This document shows, piece by piece, positions 22,501 to 32,028 of a stretch of 64,000 nucleotides of DNA. The stretch is from Blastocladiella emersonii ATCC 22665. Its lineage: Eukaryota > Fungi > Blastocladiomycota. The translations under genes and the position numbers were made by a program. Under the pieces are notes generated by a model. That model saw only the letters and a program-made list of their open reading frames with translations, searched no databases and had not been told where the DNA came from. The stretch spans positions 620,001-684,000 of the forward strand of contig JANHCV010000014.1 of NCBI GenBank assembly GCA_025594325.1. Direction: 5' to 3'. Numbering within the stretch: position 1 is the first letter of the stretch; the number at the start of each line of letters is the position of its first letter.

Positions 22501-23397
22501 ACCACGAGGACCAGCGGGACCGGCGCCACGAGGCGGCGCGCCGCCGCTCGCCGCGTGCATCGCGCGCGACGGCATCGGTGCGCGGCCACCACCGCGCGGA
22601 GCCGGCGGGCCAGCACGACGCGAAGCGGGTGCGCGCGGCGGCGGGGCCGGAGCCTCGTCGGCTTCGCCGTCACCACCACCGCCCGACGACGACGACTCGC
22701 CGGCCTCCTCGTCACCGCCACCACCGCCGCCCGCACCGAGCCCCGCCGCGAGCCCCGCGACGGACCCGAGCTTGGCGCCGATGGGCGACTTGCCGGCGAT
22801 CTTGCCGACCATCTTGAGCGCGGGGTTCCCGCCGATCTTGCCGATCTGCCCCGCGACGCCCGTCTTGGCGAGGACCCCCATGCCCTGCTTCTTGAGGAAC
22901 CCGACACCCATATTCGCAAACTCGCGGCGGCCCTTCTTCGTCACCAAATTCCCGCCCTTCTCAACCATATCCGTGAGGACGCCGGGCAGCGGGATGGGCG
23001 CGACGGCGCCGAGCGTCGCCGACAGCATGCCGCCGACGTTGCCCGACTTGGCCGCCTTGACAAACTTTTTCGCGGCGCGGATCTCGTCGCCGACCAGGAA
23101 GTCGCCGCCTTTCGCCATCACCTTGCCGAACTTCTTGAACCCGCCGCCCACCTTGCCCAGGCCCTTGGTCATCTTCTTGAAGAACTTGATCCCGCTCACG
23201 GTCTGGATGTGGCTCGCCCACAGGAACAGGACGAGCAGGTTGAGCAGCGTCAGGCGCGACGGGACGGCCGAGGCGCGCGCGCGCCGGGGAGGCGCCGCGG
23301 TACTCGGGGTCGAGGCCGTGGCCGTCGACGACGACGCGGCGGGCGCGTCGCCAGCGGCGGCCTGCTTGCGCTTCGGGTACGCGCGGATGATGGCCAT
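19600..23397 (-). CDS. 1265-aa putative secreted low-complexity protein (cationic K/G/A/L repeats, Q/P-rich, CxCPC motifs, acidic C-terminal region)
   Basis: 3.8-kb uninterrupted ORF with G/C-ending codon bias; hydrophobic segment LTLLNLLVLFLW (aa 49-60); modular similarity to the 24426-25985 protein. Confidence 0.8.
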   Translation of the reverse strand: MAIIRAYPKRKQAAAGDAPAASSSTATASTPSTAAPPRRARASAVPSRLTLLNLLVLFLWASHIQTVSGIKFFKKMTKGLGKVGGGFKKFGKVMAKGGDFLVGDEIRAAKKFVKAAKSGNVGGMLSATLGAVAPIPLPGVLTDMVEKGGNLVTKKGRREFANMGVGFLKKQGMGVLAKTGVAGQIGKIGGNPALKMVGKIAGKSPIGAKLGSVAGLAAGLGAGGGGGGDEEAGESSSSGGGGDGEADEAPAPPPRAPASRRAGPPAPRGGGRAPMPSRAMHAASGGAPPRGAGPAGPRGPPQQQQQFRGPPQQQQFRAMSGAPAQQQQQQQFRGSPSSGALGPAPPAPARNHQFYRNGGPSGPSGYFSGPPAGASKCSIRRAMCRCPCTRRDAMCRCPCVRVRGRPTKCGLSSGYYAPRKGQSTTTLIALLRRRAAVAQVPKPTFVHLLRRRQQQQQQAAPLPDLSKLLGLGAPAQQQHAPAPFPDLSNLLGLGSAPAQQPAPAPVPQPQRVVRIVPRRAPPRRVIAVMQRHPALHQQTRYRRPVFAPAACPMHHQRPQPRVEAPCTCRGGHGNASSAPQAAVQMRGPAQRQQQMHQQRSVAPVQQQPQHSVAPAQQSQRAPRVGGKKAGKAPKAARGLAAKVGKAARGARGGGGKLGKLGKAAGKASKLGAKARGLGKLGGKASKMGGKARGLGKLGGKASKMGKLGKLAGKAGKARGLAAKAGKLGKKGGKLGKLAGKASKLKGGKLGKLAKGAKGLRGGKAGKVGGVGKLGRKSAKLRGKVSKMGKLAKAGKGLRGKKAGKGLRGKAGKLGKLVKAGKSLRRGGKAGKLDKLRRKASKMGGGKGKKLGKLGRKASKLRNKASKMGRGKLGRKASKLGKAGKGLKKKLSGKKAGGRRGGVKGALGGLAKRARGGKRGRADQDGEQQSPETEQQPARSGDADTAAEDGEVAAPRRGGKSGRGKKQSSAKTRGGKKGVRVGRGKKGERKPAPRHDDDGEEEQPEREVDEEVAERRTRSRPGKPSRGKVIEEAEYEESESEEYIDESAEYDRNGAEEQEEEDADEPRGVAARGPRREKLSMFDRPVAVPLKQLFGGRRGRGKQQARDLDGERERDEQEEVVEDGDESLPLAREFTPEPESASESHDNEASTRAADDAYAKHLLGLLLKIQGGSDNAASPAAGGDATAIFSRFAAKVQNPNEYTAEPALLPRGWQLGEGRVTLRSLNYFDEEADDAAAPSVEKRVAPRRAHRARRIVRFSARRERDE

Positions 23398-23695
23398 GGT
23401 CGGTTGTCGGTCGGTGAGGCTACACGGCGCAGAGCGTCAGCGACCACGCGCGCGTCGCCGGGACCGCGAGTGAAACGTACCAGTTCAACTCGCCGTCAGT
23501 CGTCGGTCAGGCTACACGAGTCGCTACGTGAGCGGCCACGCGCGCGCGACGCCGGGCCAGCGAGCGGAAGTGTACCAGCTGATCTCGCCGTTGAGTCTAT
23601 GGATGCGTGTGTAGTCGGCTCGGCTGGCTAGCTACACGGCGCAAGCGTCAGCGTCGGACCACACGGCGTCGCGAGTGCTTGCGCACGCGTACCAG
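23398..23695 (-). repeat. Triplicated exon+intron unit in the 5'UTR; three predicted introns 23480-23420, 23575-23512, 23692-23632
   Basis: Each ~92-120-nt unit has CTG|GTAC(GT/AC/GC), GCT(G/C)AC branch 16-17 nt before CGTGTAG|C; introns are 61, 64 and 61 nt. Confidence 0.7.
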
Positions 23696-24425
23696 ACCCG
23701 AGTCGATGTGTGTACGTGTACTCGCAACCAGCGCGAGATCTTGTCGGCGTGCGTCGGTCAACGCCGCGCGCGCGTGCGTTGAGTGAAGGTTGCGGATGTC
23801 GTGGGTATCCGGGTCCAGCCCGAGCTTACGTCGCAGCGAGAGTGTATGCCGCGCGAGCTTCGTTCGATAGGAGAGAGCGAGCGAGGACGGCGGCCAGCGG
23901 ATCTAGGAGACGCGAGCGGAGCGGGAGGGCGGCGACGGTGGCGGGCGCGACGCGTCGGGCGCCGAGGTCGCGTGAATCTCCCGCCGGCGTCTCGCACCGG
24001 ATTCGCGCGCGCGTCGCGTCGCGTCGCGAAGCTGTGAGCTGCCGTGTGTGGCGACCGAGAAAGGCGTTGTCTCGCACCGTGGCGCATCACGTGCGGGTGC
24101 GAGACGCGTCGCGGTGACGCGTTTTGCGTCGCACCTCCTCGTCGGTCAACTTCTATCGTACCTCGCTCGCTCACATCAACGACGGATCCTCGAGAAAAAG
24201 ACGGTTCAGGCAGCTTTGAAAGACTTGATTGTTTGTGTATACGAAAAGGAGGACGAGAGCGCGCGAGCAACCAGGCCCGCGCGAGTAGTTTCGAGGGAGG
24301 GAGACCAACATCAAAGAATCAGGTACGGGAGGGAGGGGAGAGGAATCAATCACAAACGACAATATGACACGTCCGAGCCGCGCAGCGACACGACGACGAG
24401 GCACAGCGACCCGAATCACACCGAC

Positions 24426-25985
24426 TTAGGCGAGCCCGAGCTGCTTGAGCGTGGCCATGGCCTGGTCGACGGGGTTGGGCGGGGCGCGGGGCGCGAGCCC
24501 GAGGCTCTGGAGCACCTGCTGGACGTCGGGCGGCAGCTGCGCGGGCCCGCCCTGGGGCGGCATCATCGGCGGGGCGCGCGGGGCGCCGCCGGCCGTGAGC
24601 TGGTCAATGAGGCGCATCACGTCGGGCGTGAGGCCGGGCACGCCGCCCGCGGGCGACGGCATCGGCGCGGGCGGCATGGCGGGCGGGCCGCCGGCCGACA
24701 GGCTGTTGATCAGGTTCATGATATCTGGCGAGAGGCCGGGGATCGCGCCCGGGCCAGCGGGGGCGGGCTGGGTGCCCGGGTGCGGCTGGTCGGCGGGCAC
24801 GCACGACATGAGCTGCGGGACGGGCTTGGGCGGCGGCGGCGGGATCGCGGGCGGCGCCGGCGCCGCGTAGTTGTACCCGGACTGCTGACCCGCGCACGGG
24901 CACAGGCACGAGTTCTGGTCCTGCATGCCGGGCGCCCAGTTGGTCGGGCCGACCTGGCCGGGGAACTGCTGCTGAGGAGCGCCGGGGAACTGCTGCGGGG
25001 CGGGACCGCCGAACTGCTGCTGCTGGGGAGGACCCCACGGCGACGGCGGAGCGGCGGCGGCCGGCGCGCCCCACTGCGGCTGCTGCTGCGGGGGCATGCC
25101 GCCGAACTGCTGCTGAGGAGCACCGCCGAACTGCTGGGGAGCGGCGGGCGCACCCCACTGCTGCTGCTGCTGCGGGGCCTGGAACTGCTGCTGAGGAGCG
25201 CCGCCCCACTGCTGCTCGGGCGCCTGCTGCTGCTGGAACGCGGGCTGCTGCTGCTGGAATTGGGGCGGGGCCTGCTGGAACTGCTGCTGCATGCCGCCGC
25301 GCGGGGCGCCGCGGGGAGCACCGCCACGGGGAGCACCGCCGCCGAAGCCGGGCGGCGGGCCCTGCTGGCCCTGCTGCTCCTCGTCGCCGCCACCACCGCC
25401 GGCGGCCTCGGGCGCCTCCTGCGGCTCGGGCTCGGGGGCAGCGCCGCCCTCGTCACCACCACCACCGCCACCGCCCTGCTGCTCCTCCTCGTCGCCGCCG
25501 CCACCCCCGTCGCGGCCGCCCTTGCCCTTGGCGCCCTTCCCAGCCTTGCCCGCCTTACCCGCCTTACCCGCGGCCTTGCCGCCCTTGCCCGCGGCCTTAC
25601 CGCCGGCCTTGCCCGCAGCCTTGCCGCCCATCTTGCCGCCGGCCTTCCCCATGGCCTTGCCGCCGGCCTTGGACATCATCTTGCCGCCGGCCTTGCCCAT
25701 GCCCTTCGAGGCGGCCTTGCCGAGACCCTTGGAGGCCGCCTTGCCGAGGCCCTTGGACGCGGCCTTGCCGAGCCCTTTCGAGGCCGCCTTGCCGAGGCCC
25801 TTGGACGCGGCCTTCCCGACGCCCTTGGCGAGCGCCTTGCCCGCGACCTTGCCGAGGATCGCGGCGAACGCGTCGGCCGACGAAATGGCCGTGCACGCGA
25901 GGACGGCGAGGAGGAGGAGGACGTGCGTCTTCTTGACGAGCGCGGTCCCGCGCGGGGCCGGCGAGGTGGTGGACGTCGGCGTCAT
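24426..25985 (-). CDS. 519-aa putative secreted low-complexity protein (signal peptide, GKAASKGL repeats, GAPQQQF repeats, CLCPC, Pro-rich tail)
   Basis: ATG at 25985 in ACC-ATG context; 'VLLLLAVLACTAISSADA' signal-like; probable 5'UTR intron ending at 26078. The longer ORF 5' extension (26567) is not supported. Confidence 0.8.
   Translation of the reverse strand: MTPTSTTSPAPRGTALVKKTHVLLLLAVLACTAISSADAFAAILGKVAGKALAKGVGKAASKGLGKAASKGLGKAASKGLGKAASKGLGKAASKGMGKAGGKMMSKAGGKAMGKAGGKMGGKAAGKAGGKAAGKGGKAAGKAGKAGKAGKGAKGKGGRDGGGGGDEEEQQGGGGGGGDEGGAAPEPEPQEAPEAAGGGGGDEEQQGQQGPPPGFGGGAPRGGAPRGAPRGGMQQQFQQAPPQFQQQQPAFQQQQAPEQQWGGAPQQQFQAPQQQQQWGAPAAPQQFGGAPQQQFGGMPPQQQPQWGAPAAAAPPSPWGPPQQQQFGGPAPQQFPGAPQQQFPGQVGPTNWAPGMQDQNSCLCPCAGQQSGYNYAAPAPPAIPPPPPKPVPQLMSCVPADQPHPGTQPAPAGPGAIPGLSPDIMNLINSLSAGGPPAMPPAPMPSPAGGVPGLTPDVMRLIDQLTAGGAPRAPPMMPPQGGPAQLPPDVQQVLQSLGLAPRAPPNPVDQAMATLKQLGLA
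25698..25817 (-). repeat. Five 24-nt coding tandem repeats (GKAASKG[L/M])
   Basis: aa 57-96 of the 24426-25985 protein; synonymous variation between units. Confidence 0.9.
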
Positions 25986-27034
25986 GGTGTAGGAGAGAGG
26001 GTGGAGGGGGGAGGGTACGGCCAGCGTAGTCGTCGATCGTCGTCGCCGAGAGTCTGATCCAGCAGAACGAGGTTGGTCTACACGACAACGGGCGAACGGG
26101 GACGTGTCAGCGGGCCTCGCTCGACTCGACTCGACTCGATGCGTTCGTTGCAGCGGGCGGTGGATCGGAGCAGTACCGTGTACGCGCACGACAGGTGCAG
26201 CGACAGTCAGACAACAAACGAGACGGCGGAGAGCAAGCCGATCGCGCAGAGGCCGAGCAGAGCAGAGGAGAGCGAACTCGAAGCGGGGGCAGGGGGCCAG
26301 CGGTGCGCGGCCGTGATCCGCGATAAAAGAGGGGGCCGCGGCGAGGGCAGCGAAACCCGACGCGTGCGTCTCGTCTCCCGGCAGGCGGCAGGTGACGCGT
26401 GGGAGGCGCGCGCCGCGCGCGTGCGGGCCGTGACGAATGTCTCGCGGCGGGCCGGGCCAGCGAGGGCAAGGTCGGTGCGCGAGGGGCGGGTGGGAACCGA
26501 GCCGCGACGCGTCGCGAGAGGTGAAGAGAAGAGCGAAAAACGCGTCTCCCACCGACCGCGTTCCCACCGCGGCCCGCGCACGCCGATTCCACGTGAGCGC
26601 GCGTCGCGACTTAGGGAGACGTTGCGAGACACGCCCGCCACACGTATCGGGACGCGTTTCATCACCCCTTGGGCAAACAGGAACGCTCGATCACTCGAGA
26701 GGATGTCGTAGCAGCGAACCCGAGCGGCGAGCGGGGACCGCGCGGACAGTTGGGCGTGCCTGCGAAGCGCAAGCCGCCTCGGCAGAGCCCAGAGCTGGCC
26801 GTCGAGCGGGCGAGTGTGAAGGCGAGAAGTGGCCGTGGAAGGACGGCGAAGCATCCGGTCGAGTACGGCGAGCTCGCGAGCGGGCGGCGGAAGAAAGGAG
26901 GCGCAGCAGCAGTCGAGTCGAGTCGACGGTGCCCAAGCGGCCCCTGCCTCGGCACTCCACCCCGCACTCATCCAGCGTCCTCTCTCTCCCTGATATGCGA
27001 CCTTGTAACATGCAGCACTGATCTCTACGCTACC

Positions 27035-29452
27035 ATGCACCTCCGGCCGCCCCGTGCCGCCGCCGCCGCCGCCGCCTTCCTCGCGTGCTGCTGCGCCGCT
27101 CTCCCCGCGCTCACGACGGCAGACCCCACAGCAACACCGGCGCCCGACCCGCCAACGCACGATGCCGCACACGAGCCCTTCTACGCCCTCGTGCGCCACG
27201 CCGTCCTCGTCCTTGTCGCCCTCGCCCTCGCCGTGCCCGTCGCACACGCGTTGCTGCGCCCCGTCCCGCGACGGCGACGCAGGAACAACAACTATCGACC
27301 ACATCAACTGCCTGCACTATCCGCCTCGTACCCGAGCGCGTCGTATCCGGGCGCAGCGTCTGAAAAGCCGCCACCACTGCTGCGTGATGATGAGGTGGAA
27401 GCGGGGCCCGCGTCGGCGCCGCCCCGCTTGCGCTCGTCGTGGCTCGCGGATCCGCGGGCGCCAGCACCGGGTCCGTCTTCGGCAGTCGAGGGGAGCGCTG
27501 CACCGTCCGACGCACCGCGTACGGCGAGCTCGGCGAGACCGGCGACGTCGCGATCCGACCACCCGCCACCGCCGCTGTGGTCCGCCGCGACCGCGTGGTT
27601 CCGCCGTTTGCGCGGCGGGACGACGCACCCCGGTTCCGGCCACGTCACCGAAGCCAAGTCGCCGCGCGGTAAGGTCCGCTTCGGCAGCGACAACCCCGAC
27701 GGCGCGGCGCCGTCCCCGCCTTTGCCGCCCACGGCGCCAACGCGTCCGCCTGCCTCGCCGCCGCGCCTCGCCTCCTCCTCCAAACCGTCTCCCTTACCAC
27801 CCTCATTCACCCTCTCGACCGCCGCGTGGCACGGCTCGCTGACCGCCCTCCTCGACGACCGCCTGTTCGCCTTCCCGCTGCACCTATCGGTCCCGTACTG
27901 CCTGCTGGTCGTCGCGACCGCCGTCGCGCTCGCGTCGCCCGTCCTCGTCGTGCTGGCGACGGCCCTGCGCAACCCGCTGCCGTCGCTCCACGCCGATCTG
28001 CTGGGCGCTGTCTCGCTCCTCACCCGCACCGCGCTGTTCGGGGTCCTGCCGTTCGCGTACCTCTACGCCGAGGCTGGGTCGCCTGTCGACTATGACGCCG
28101 GGTACGCGATGACGGTGCTCGGGCACGCCCCACCCGACTCGGACGCGGCGGTGGTGACCACGACGGCTTCGGGTGTCGCGCCCGGGCCCGGCGACCTCCT
28201 GCGTCGCCGCCGGTCCGCCGACGACGTGTCGTCGGACACCAACGCCGCCCTTCTCCGCGCCACCGCCCCTGACCTCGCCACCACCACCCCACCGAGCACC
28301 CTGACCTCGCGCCTGCACCTCCTCCCGCCACCCGGCGCCCCGCGCGGCACGTTCACGCGCCGCCGCCTGACAGAGACGCTCCTCACGCTCGCGGGCCTGT
28401 ACGGTCTCGCGCTCGTCCTCGTCTTCATCACGCCGACCGACCTTGTGTCGGCAGCCGCGCACTGGACCCTGCTCGTCGCGGCGGTCGGGTGGGTCGCGCC
28501 CGCTGGAGTCGCCGCGACGGTGGTTGCCCTGGTCCGTACGGTCGCGGCGCCGTCGGACGAGGCCGCGGCGAGGGCCGAGGTGCAGGCGGCACGGGACGCG
28601 GTGGAGGTGATTGACGCGAGGATTACGGCGGCCGAAGGCGAGGGGATGGTGCTGGACCAGGTTATGGCAATTTCCGCTAAGACCGAGGGTGGCGGGGCGG
28701 TGGTGACGGCGGATCCCGCCGAGGAAGCGGAGGTACCGGAACCCGCGACTGCCGTCGACGCGACGACACCATGGACCGCCTCAACTCCCTCCTCGCGCCG
28801 CCCGCTGACCCCGACCCCACTCACCGCCTCCCCTACCCCCTCACCCCCTCAACTCCCGCCGTACCACGCCGCGCGCCGCCGCACGCAATCCACGCCGGCC
28901 CTGCTCCGCTCCCCCGCCGCCACCTCGCGCGCCGACCGCCGCGCCGCGCTCACCGCGCAACTCAAGGACCTGCACCGTGCCCGCCGCTCGGCCGCCTCCG
29001 CCCTCGATGCCGCGCTCGCCGCGCACGCCGCCACCAGCTCGCCCGTCCGCGCGCGCCTGCGCGCTTTGCTGCGCCTCCTCGCCGTCGCCGTGTACGCGGG
29101 CGCGACGGTGTTGGCGGTGGTTGCCCCGTGGGCTACGGGTGCGGTCGCGCGTGGAGTAGCCTCGGCGCATACCGCCGCCGCGGTGATCGTCGGCGCGGTG
29201 GTCTTGCGCGGGTGGGCGCCAGCGACGACGCGCGCCGGGTTGATTGCACAAGTTGCGGCGGGGCTTGTGGTCGCGGGGTGGATGGTGGCCGCGGTGGTAA
29301 GGGTCGTGGTGGATGGCGAGGTGGGGCCGAGGGACGCGGACGCGGTGGCGACGACGGCGACTACGGAGGAGATGGTGCTGATGGCCGCGCGCGGCGTGTA
29401 CTGGGCGCGCACGGCGTGGATGGTGCGGCGCGCGGTCGCCGCGGGGGAGTAG
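27035..29452 (+). CDS. LMBR1/LIMR-like multi-pass membrane protein with long Pro/Ser-rich loops
   Basis: 'LLGAVSLLTRTALFGVLPFAYLYAEAG' and 'RLTETLLTL' resemble the LMBR1 'LWNLVFLFSNLSL..LMPFAYFF.ESEG' / 'RVYETVVML' blocks; ATG at 27035 followed by a signal-like segment. Confidence 0.6.
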   Translation: MHLRPPRAAAAAAAFLACCCAALPALTTADPTATPAPDPPTHDAAHEPFYALVRHAVLVLVALALAVPVAHALLRPVPRRRRRNNNYRPHQLPALSASYPSASYPGAASEKPPPLLRDDEVEAGPASAPPRLRSSWLADPRAPAPGPSSAVEGSAAPSDAPRTASSARPATSRSDHPPPPLWSAATAWFRRLRGGTTHPGSGHVTEAKSPRGKVRFGSDNPDGAAPSPPLPPTAPTRPPASPPRLASSSKPSPLPPSFTLSTAAWHGSLTALLDDRLFAFPLHLSVPYCLLVVATAVALASPVLVVLATALRNPLPSLHADLLGAVSLLTRTALFGVLPFAYLYAEAGSPVDYDAGYAMTVLGHAPPDSDAAVVTTTASGVAPGPGDLLRRRRSADDVSSDTNAALLRATAPDLATTTPPSTLTSRLHLLPPPGAPRGTFTRRRLTETLLTLAGLYGLALVLVFITPTDLVSAAAHWTLLVAAVGWVAPAGVAATVVALVRTVAAPSDEAAARAEVQAARDAVEVIDARITAAEGEGMVLDQVMAISAKTEGGGAVVTADPAEEAEVPEPATAVDATTPWTASTPSSRRPLTPTPLTASPTPSPPQLPPYHAARRRTQSTPALLRSPAATSRADRRAALTAQLKDLHRARRSAASALDAALAAHAATSSPVRARLRALLRLLAVAVYAGATVLAVVAPWATGAVARGVASAHTAAAVIVGAVVLRGWAPATTRAGLIAQVAAGLVVAGWMVAAVVRVVVDGEVGPRDADAVATTATTEEMVLMAARGVYWARTAWMVRRAVAAGE

Positions 29453-29749
29453 GTTGAGTGGAAGGTAATACATTGGATGATACCCTCGCAACCCATCGAG
29501 TCGATCGGATTAGTGGGAAGACAAGAAGATCAAATCGGCTGGGCTTGTCGCGCGAGTGAGGTCGCGCGCGACGCGGGAAGCTGGAACGATTATGGATGCG
29601 CAGCGCATCACGGCTGTTTCGAAGCGTAGCAAGGGGGTTCCTCCGGCGAGCTCCGGACTCGATATCGCAACCAGCGCGGCCATGAAAACCTGAGAATCCA
29701 GTTTGAGATTGAACGGATCGTGACGGCGGTCGTGGCGAGGACCAACTAG

Positions 29750-30395
29750 ACGATGGCGCTTCGCGAGACGGACGTCAACGACGGAGCGGCGCCGACTAAC
29801 ACATGGTCGCCGAGCCGTTCATGCCGATGATAACGACCAGAACGGCCATGGCCACGACGAAGAACATCGCGCGTCCACGAACCGCAGGCACAGCTTGGCC
29901 GCGTGCTGACTATGGCGCTCTTACAAGCGCTTTTGATGGTGTGCGCGAGTGCGGAGAGGTCATCCTGCGATGCATCGATGGTCGGAACCACCATGGCCTT
30001 GGACGTCGTGGCGATGGCGCCGTTTAGGTGACAAATGATTCGGGGCTTGGAATGCCGTTTGAGCTCAAGTACCACGAAGGCGGCCGTGGCGAGGGCCGAC
30101 TAAGCCGCAGTGCTCCGCAAGGCAGGCGGCCCGAACAACGAAGCGGCTTCACTGAACACATGATCGCTGAGCGGTCCACGGCCAGGGCCACCATCGCCAT
30201 GACGAACTTGTACACCGCGTACCGCATGCCAGCGAGCCGCAAGAGAATCTTGGCCGCGTATTGCGTATAGGGCTCGCGCGTGCGCACCACGGGCTGGTTT
30301 ACGCGATTGCAGCTGGGCCCCCCTTGTGTCGCATCGACGGTCGGGACCAGGATGGCCTTAGACGCCGCGGCGATGGCGCGTGCTGAGGTGTCTAC
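29750..30395 (-). repeat. Degenerate ~360-nt direct duplication, remnant of an unidentified coding sequence
   Basis: 29980-30030 matches 30338-30390 and 29800-29870 matches 30158-30230; minus-strand peptides 'AIATTSKAMVVPTIDASQ' vs 'AIAAASKAILVPTVDATQ'. Confidence 0.55.
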
Positions 30396-30525
30396 CTGTA
30401 CAGCTTAGCGTGCTGCTTGAGTTAAGCCCGTAATATATTAGCGACAGAGCGAACGATGGTCAGAGAGTGTATTGATGCAGGAGGGACAGTCGCGGAGCCA
30501 AGGCGCGAGCGGTCCGCAAGGCGAA

Positions 30526-30548
30526 GACGCGCTGCGCCACTCACCTGA
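30526..30548 (+). promoter_or_regulatory. GACGCGCTGCGCCACTCAC motif ~130 nt upstream of family A gene 1
   Basis: Related copies at 31903, 34730, 37538, 39442, 41260. Confidence 0.65.
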
Positions 30549-30656
30549 CGCGGCGTGCGTGAATCAGGACTTGCATCAATGCACTCGGACCCTCCACAAG
30601 TCGCTGGTCGACCTTGAAGAATGCTCTCCGTAACACCTTGTAGATGGAGCTCGGCG

Positions 30657-31823
30657 ATGGAACCTCAAACGGCACCCTACCCAACCTTCTCGGACCTTCC
30701 CGCTGAGCTCCTGGAAGTGATGCTTCCCCTCATCGCGCCAAAACCTTGCATTCCGCTCGCAACCCGCGGCTTCTCGGAACTCTGTAACGACCTGAGGCTG
30801 CAGCTGGTCTGGCGCGTCCGGTTCGTCCTCCAGCCCGCGCTTTGCGGATGGCAGCCGCCTGAGCTCAAAGGGGCGGTTCCTCGCCGGCTCAGCGCTTCCC
30901 CGCTTTCGCTTATCATGGACTCGCAGTTTGCGTTCAAACCCATCCTTCCTTGCAGCCTTACTTGATGTACCTGTCAGAACGGGCGACGGCTCAAATTTCG
31001 GCGGACGTGTGCTCGTTTGAAGCGACGGAGCAGCCCTTCCCTGACGCATTCGACTTGGCGACCATCCGGTATCTGACTCCGTGCAGTCCTCCCGACGGCA
31101 TCACAATCGCGTCCACTCCGCCACCGGGAAAACTCAAGTTTGCGCTCGATGACTTCGCCCATACCAACTACTTCCGCCTCGCGCAGCTCGCCATTCACCT
31201 TGCTCGGCAGGGCCGTCTCGAGCATCTGGCTGCCGTCTTGGATTCCCTCGTCGCCCACTACTCGCTGGAATACGCGTGTGCCTCTGCCCGCCGACCTTCC
31301 CGACCCATCGTGGGTGCCTTGGCAATACGCGATCCATTGCTTGCTCACCAAGATCCCGAACTTTGAGGTCACGGCCGACCTGATCCCCGAGGAGGTCCGT
31401 GCAATGCTCTTTTCTCGCGAAGTGCTTCGCCGTGCGGACTTTCTGCGTCGTGGCGAAGCCGCCAGCGGCGTGTTTGGACCGGGCACCGAGACGGCTTGGA
31501 TCATTGAAAAGTTGTACCTTGCCGCACCTGCGGTCCTTATCAACGAGCTTATTCGGGTCATCGTGACGAGCCCGCCGTTTATGTGGCGGATGCTCCCGCG
31601 CGGCGCACTTGACGGTTTGCGGTCGCCTTGGTGGCTTCTCGCCGCCGTATGCGTGGCCTTCGACCGCTTCTCCAGCAAGGACGCCACTCTATACGAGGCA
31701 CTTTCTGCCCTCTTCATCGCAGCAACCGAAACAGCCAAGTCGGACGAGTTCCGCACTAGGTTCACGACCGAGTGCACTTGCACTCGACGCGGGGTCGATG
31801 CGTCGCGTTTCCTGCCAATCTAA
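30657..31823 (+). pseudogene. Large F-box-like family A copy 1: frameshifted, with ~1.4-kb internal deletion
   Basis: N-terminus 'FSDLPAELLEVML' stops at 30965; 'LAIHLARQGRLEHL' region is joined at ~31275 directly to the C-terminal 'PADLPDPSWVPWQYAIH' block that lies far downstream in paralogues. Confidence 0.8.
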
Positions 31824-32028
31824 TTTCCCAGTCGTGTTCGTTTGTTCCTGCCGTGGCGATGAAAAAGTACGCATATGTTTTCCTGATCTAAGAAAATGAA
31901 CAGACGTGCAGCGCCACTCGTGTGATGCTCGCGTGATCGTTTCAGGTTCAATCAGCGACCCCGAAACGACCGACCAGCTCGGGCGCTCGTCCCCCTCCCC
32001 CTTGCCCCTTTGCATGAAAGCTAACACC

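Noticed and set aside
23400-23700. CRISPR-like or other repeat-spacer array
   Set aside because: Eukaryotic context, only three degenerate units, no cas genes; conserved blocks are splice signals.
26000-27034. Long N-terminal extensions of ORFs 24426-26567 and 26669-29452
   Set aside because: Shared divergent promoter/UTR region; downstream ATGs (25985, 27035) are followed by signal-like peptides and coding-type codon bias.
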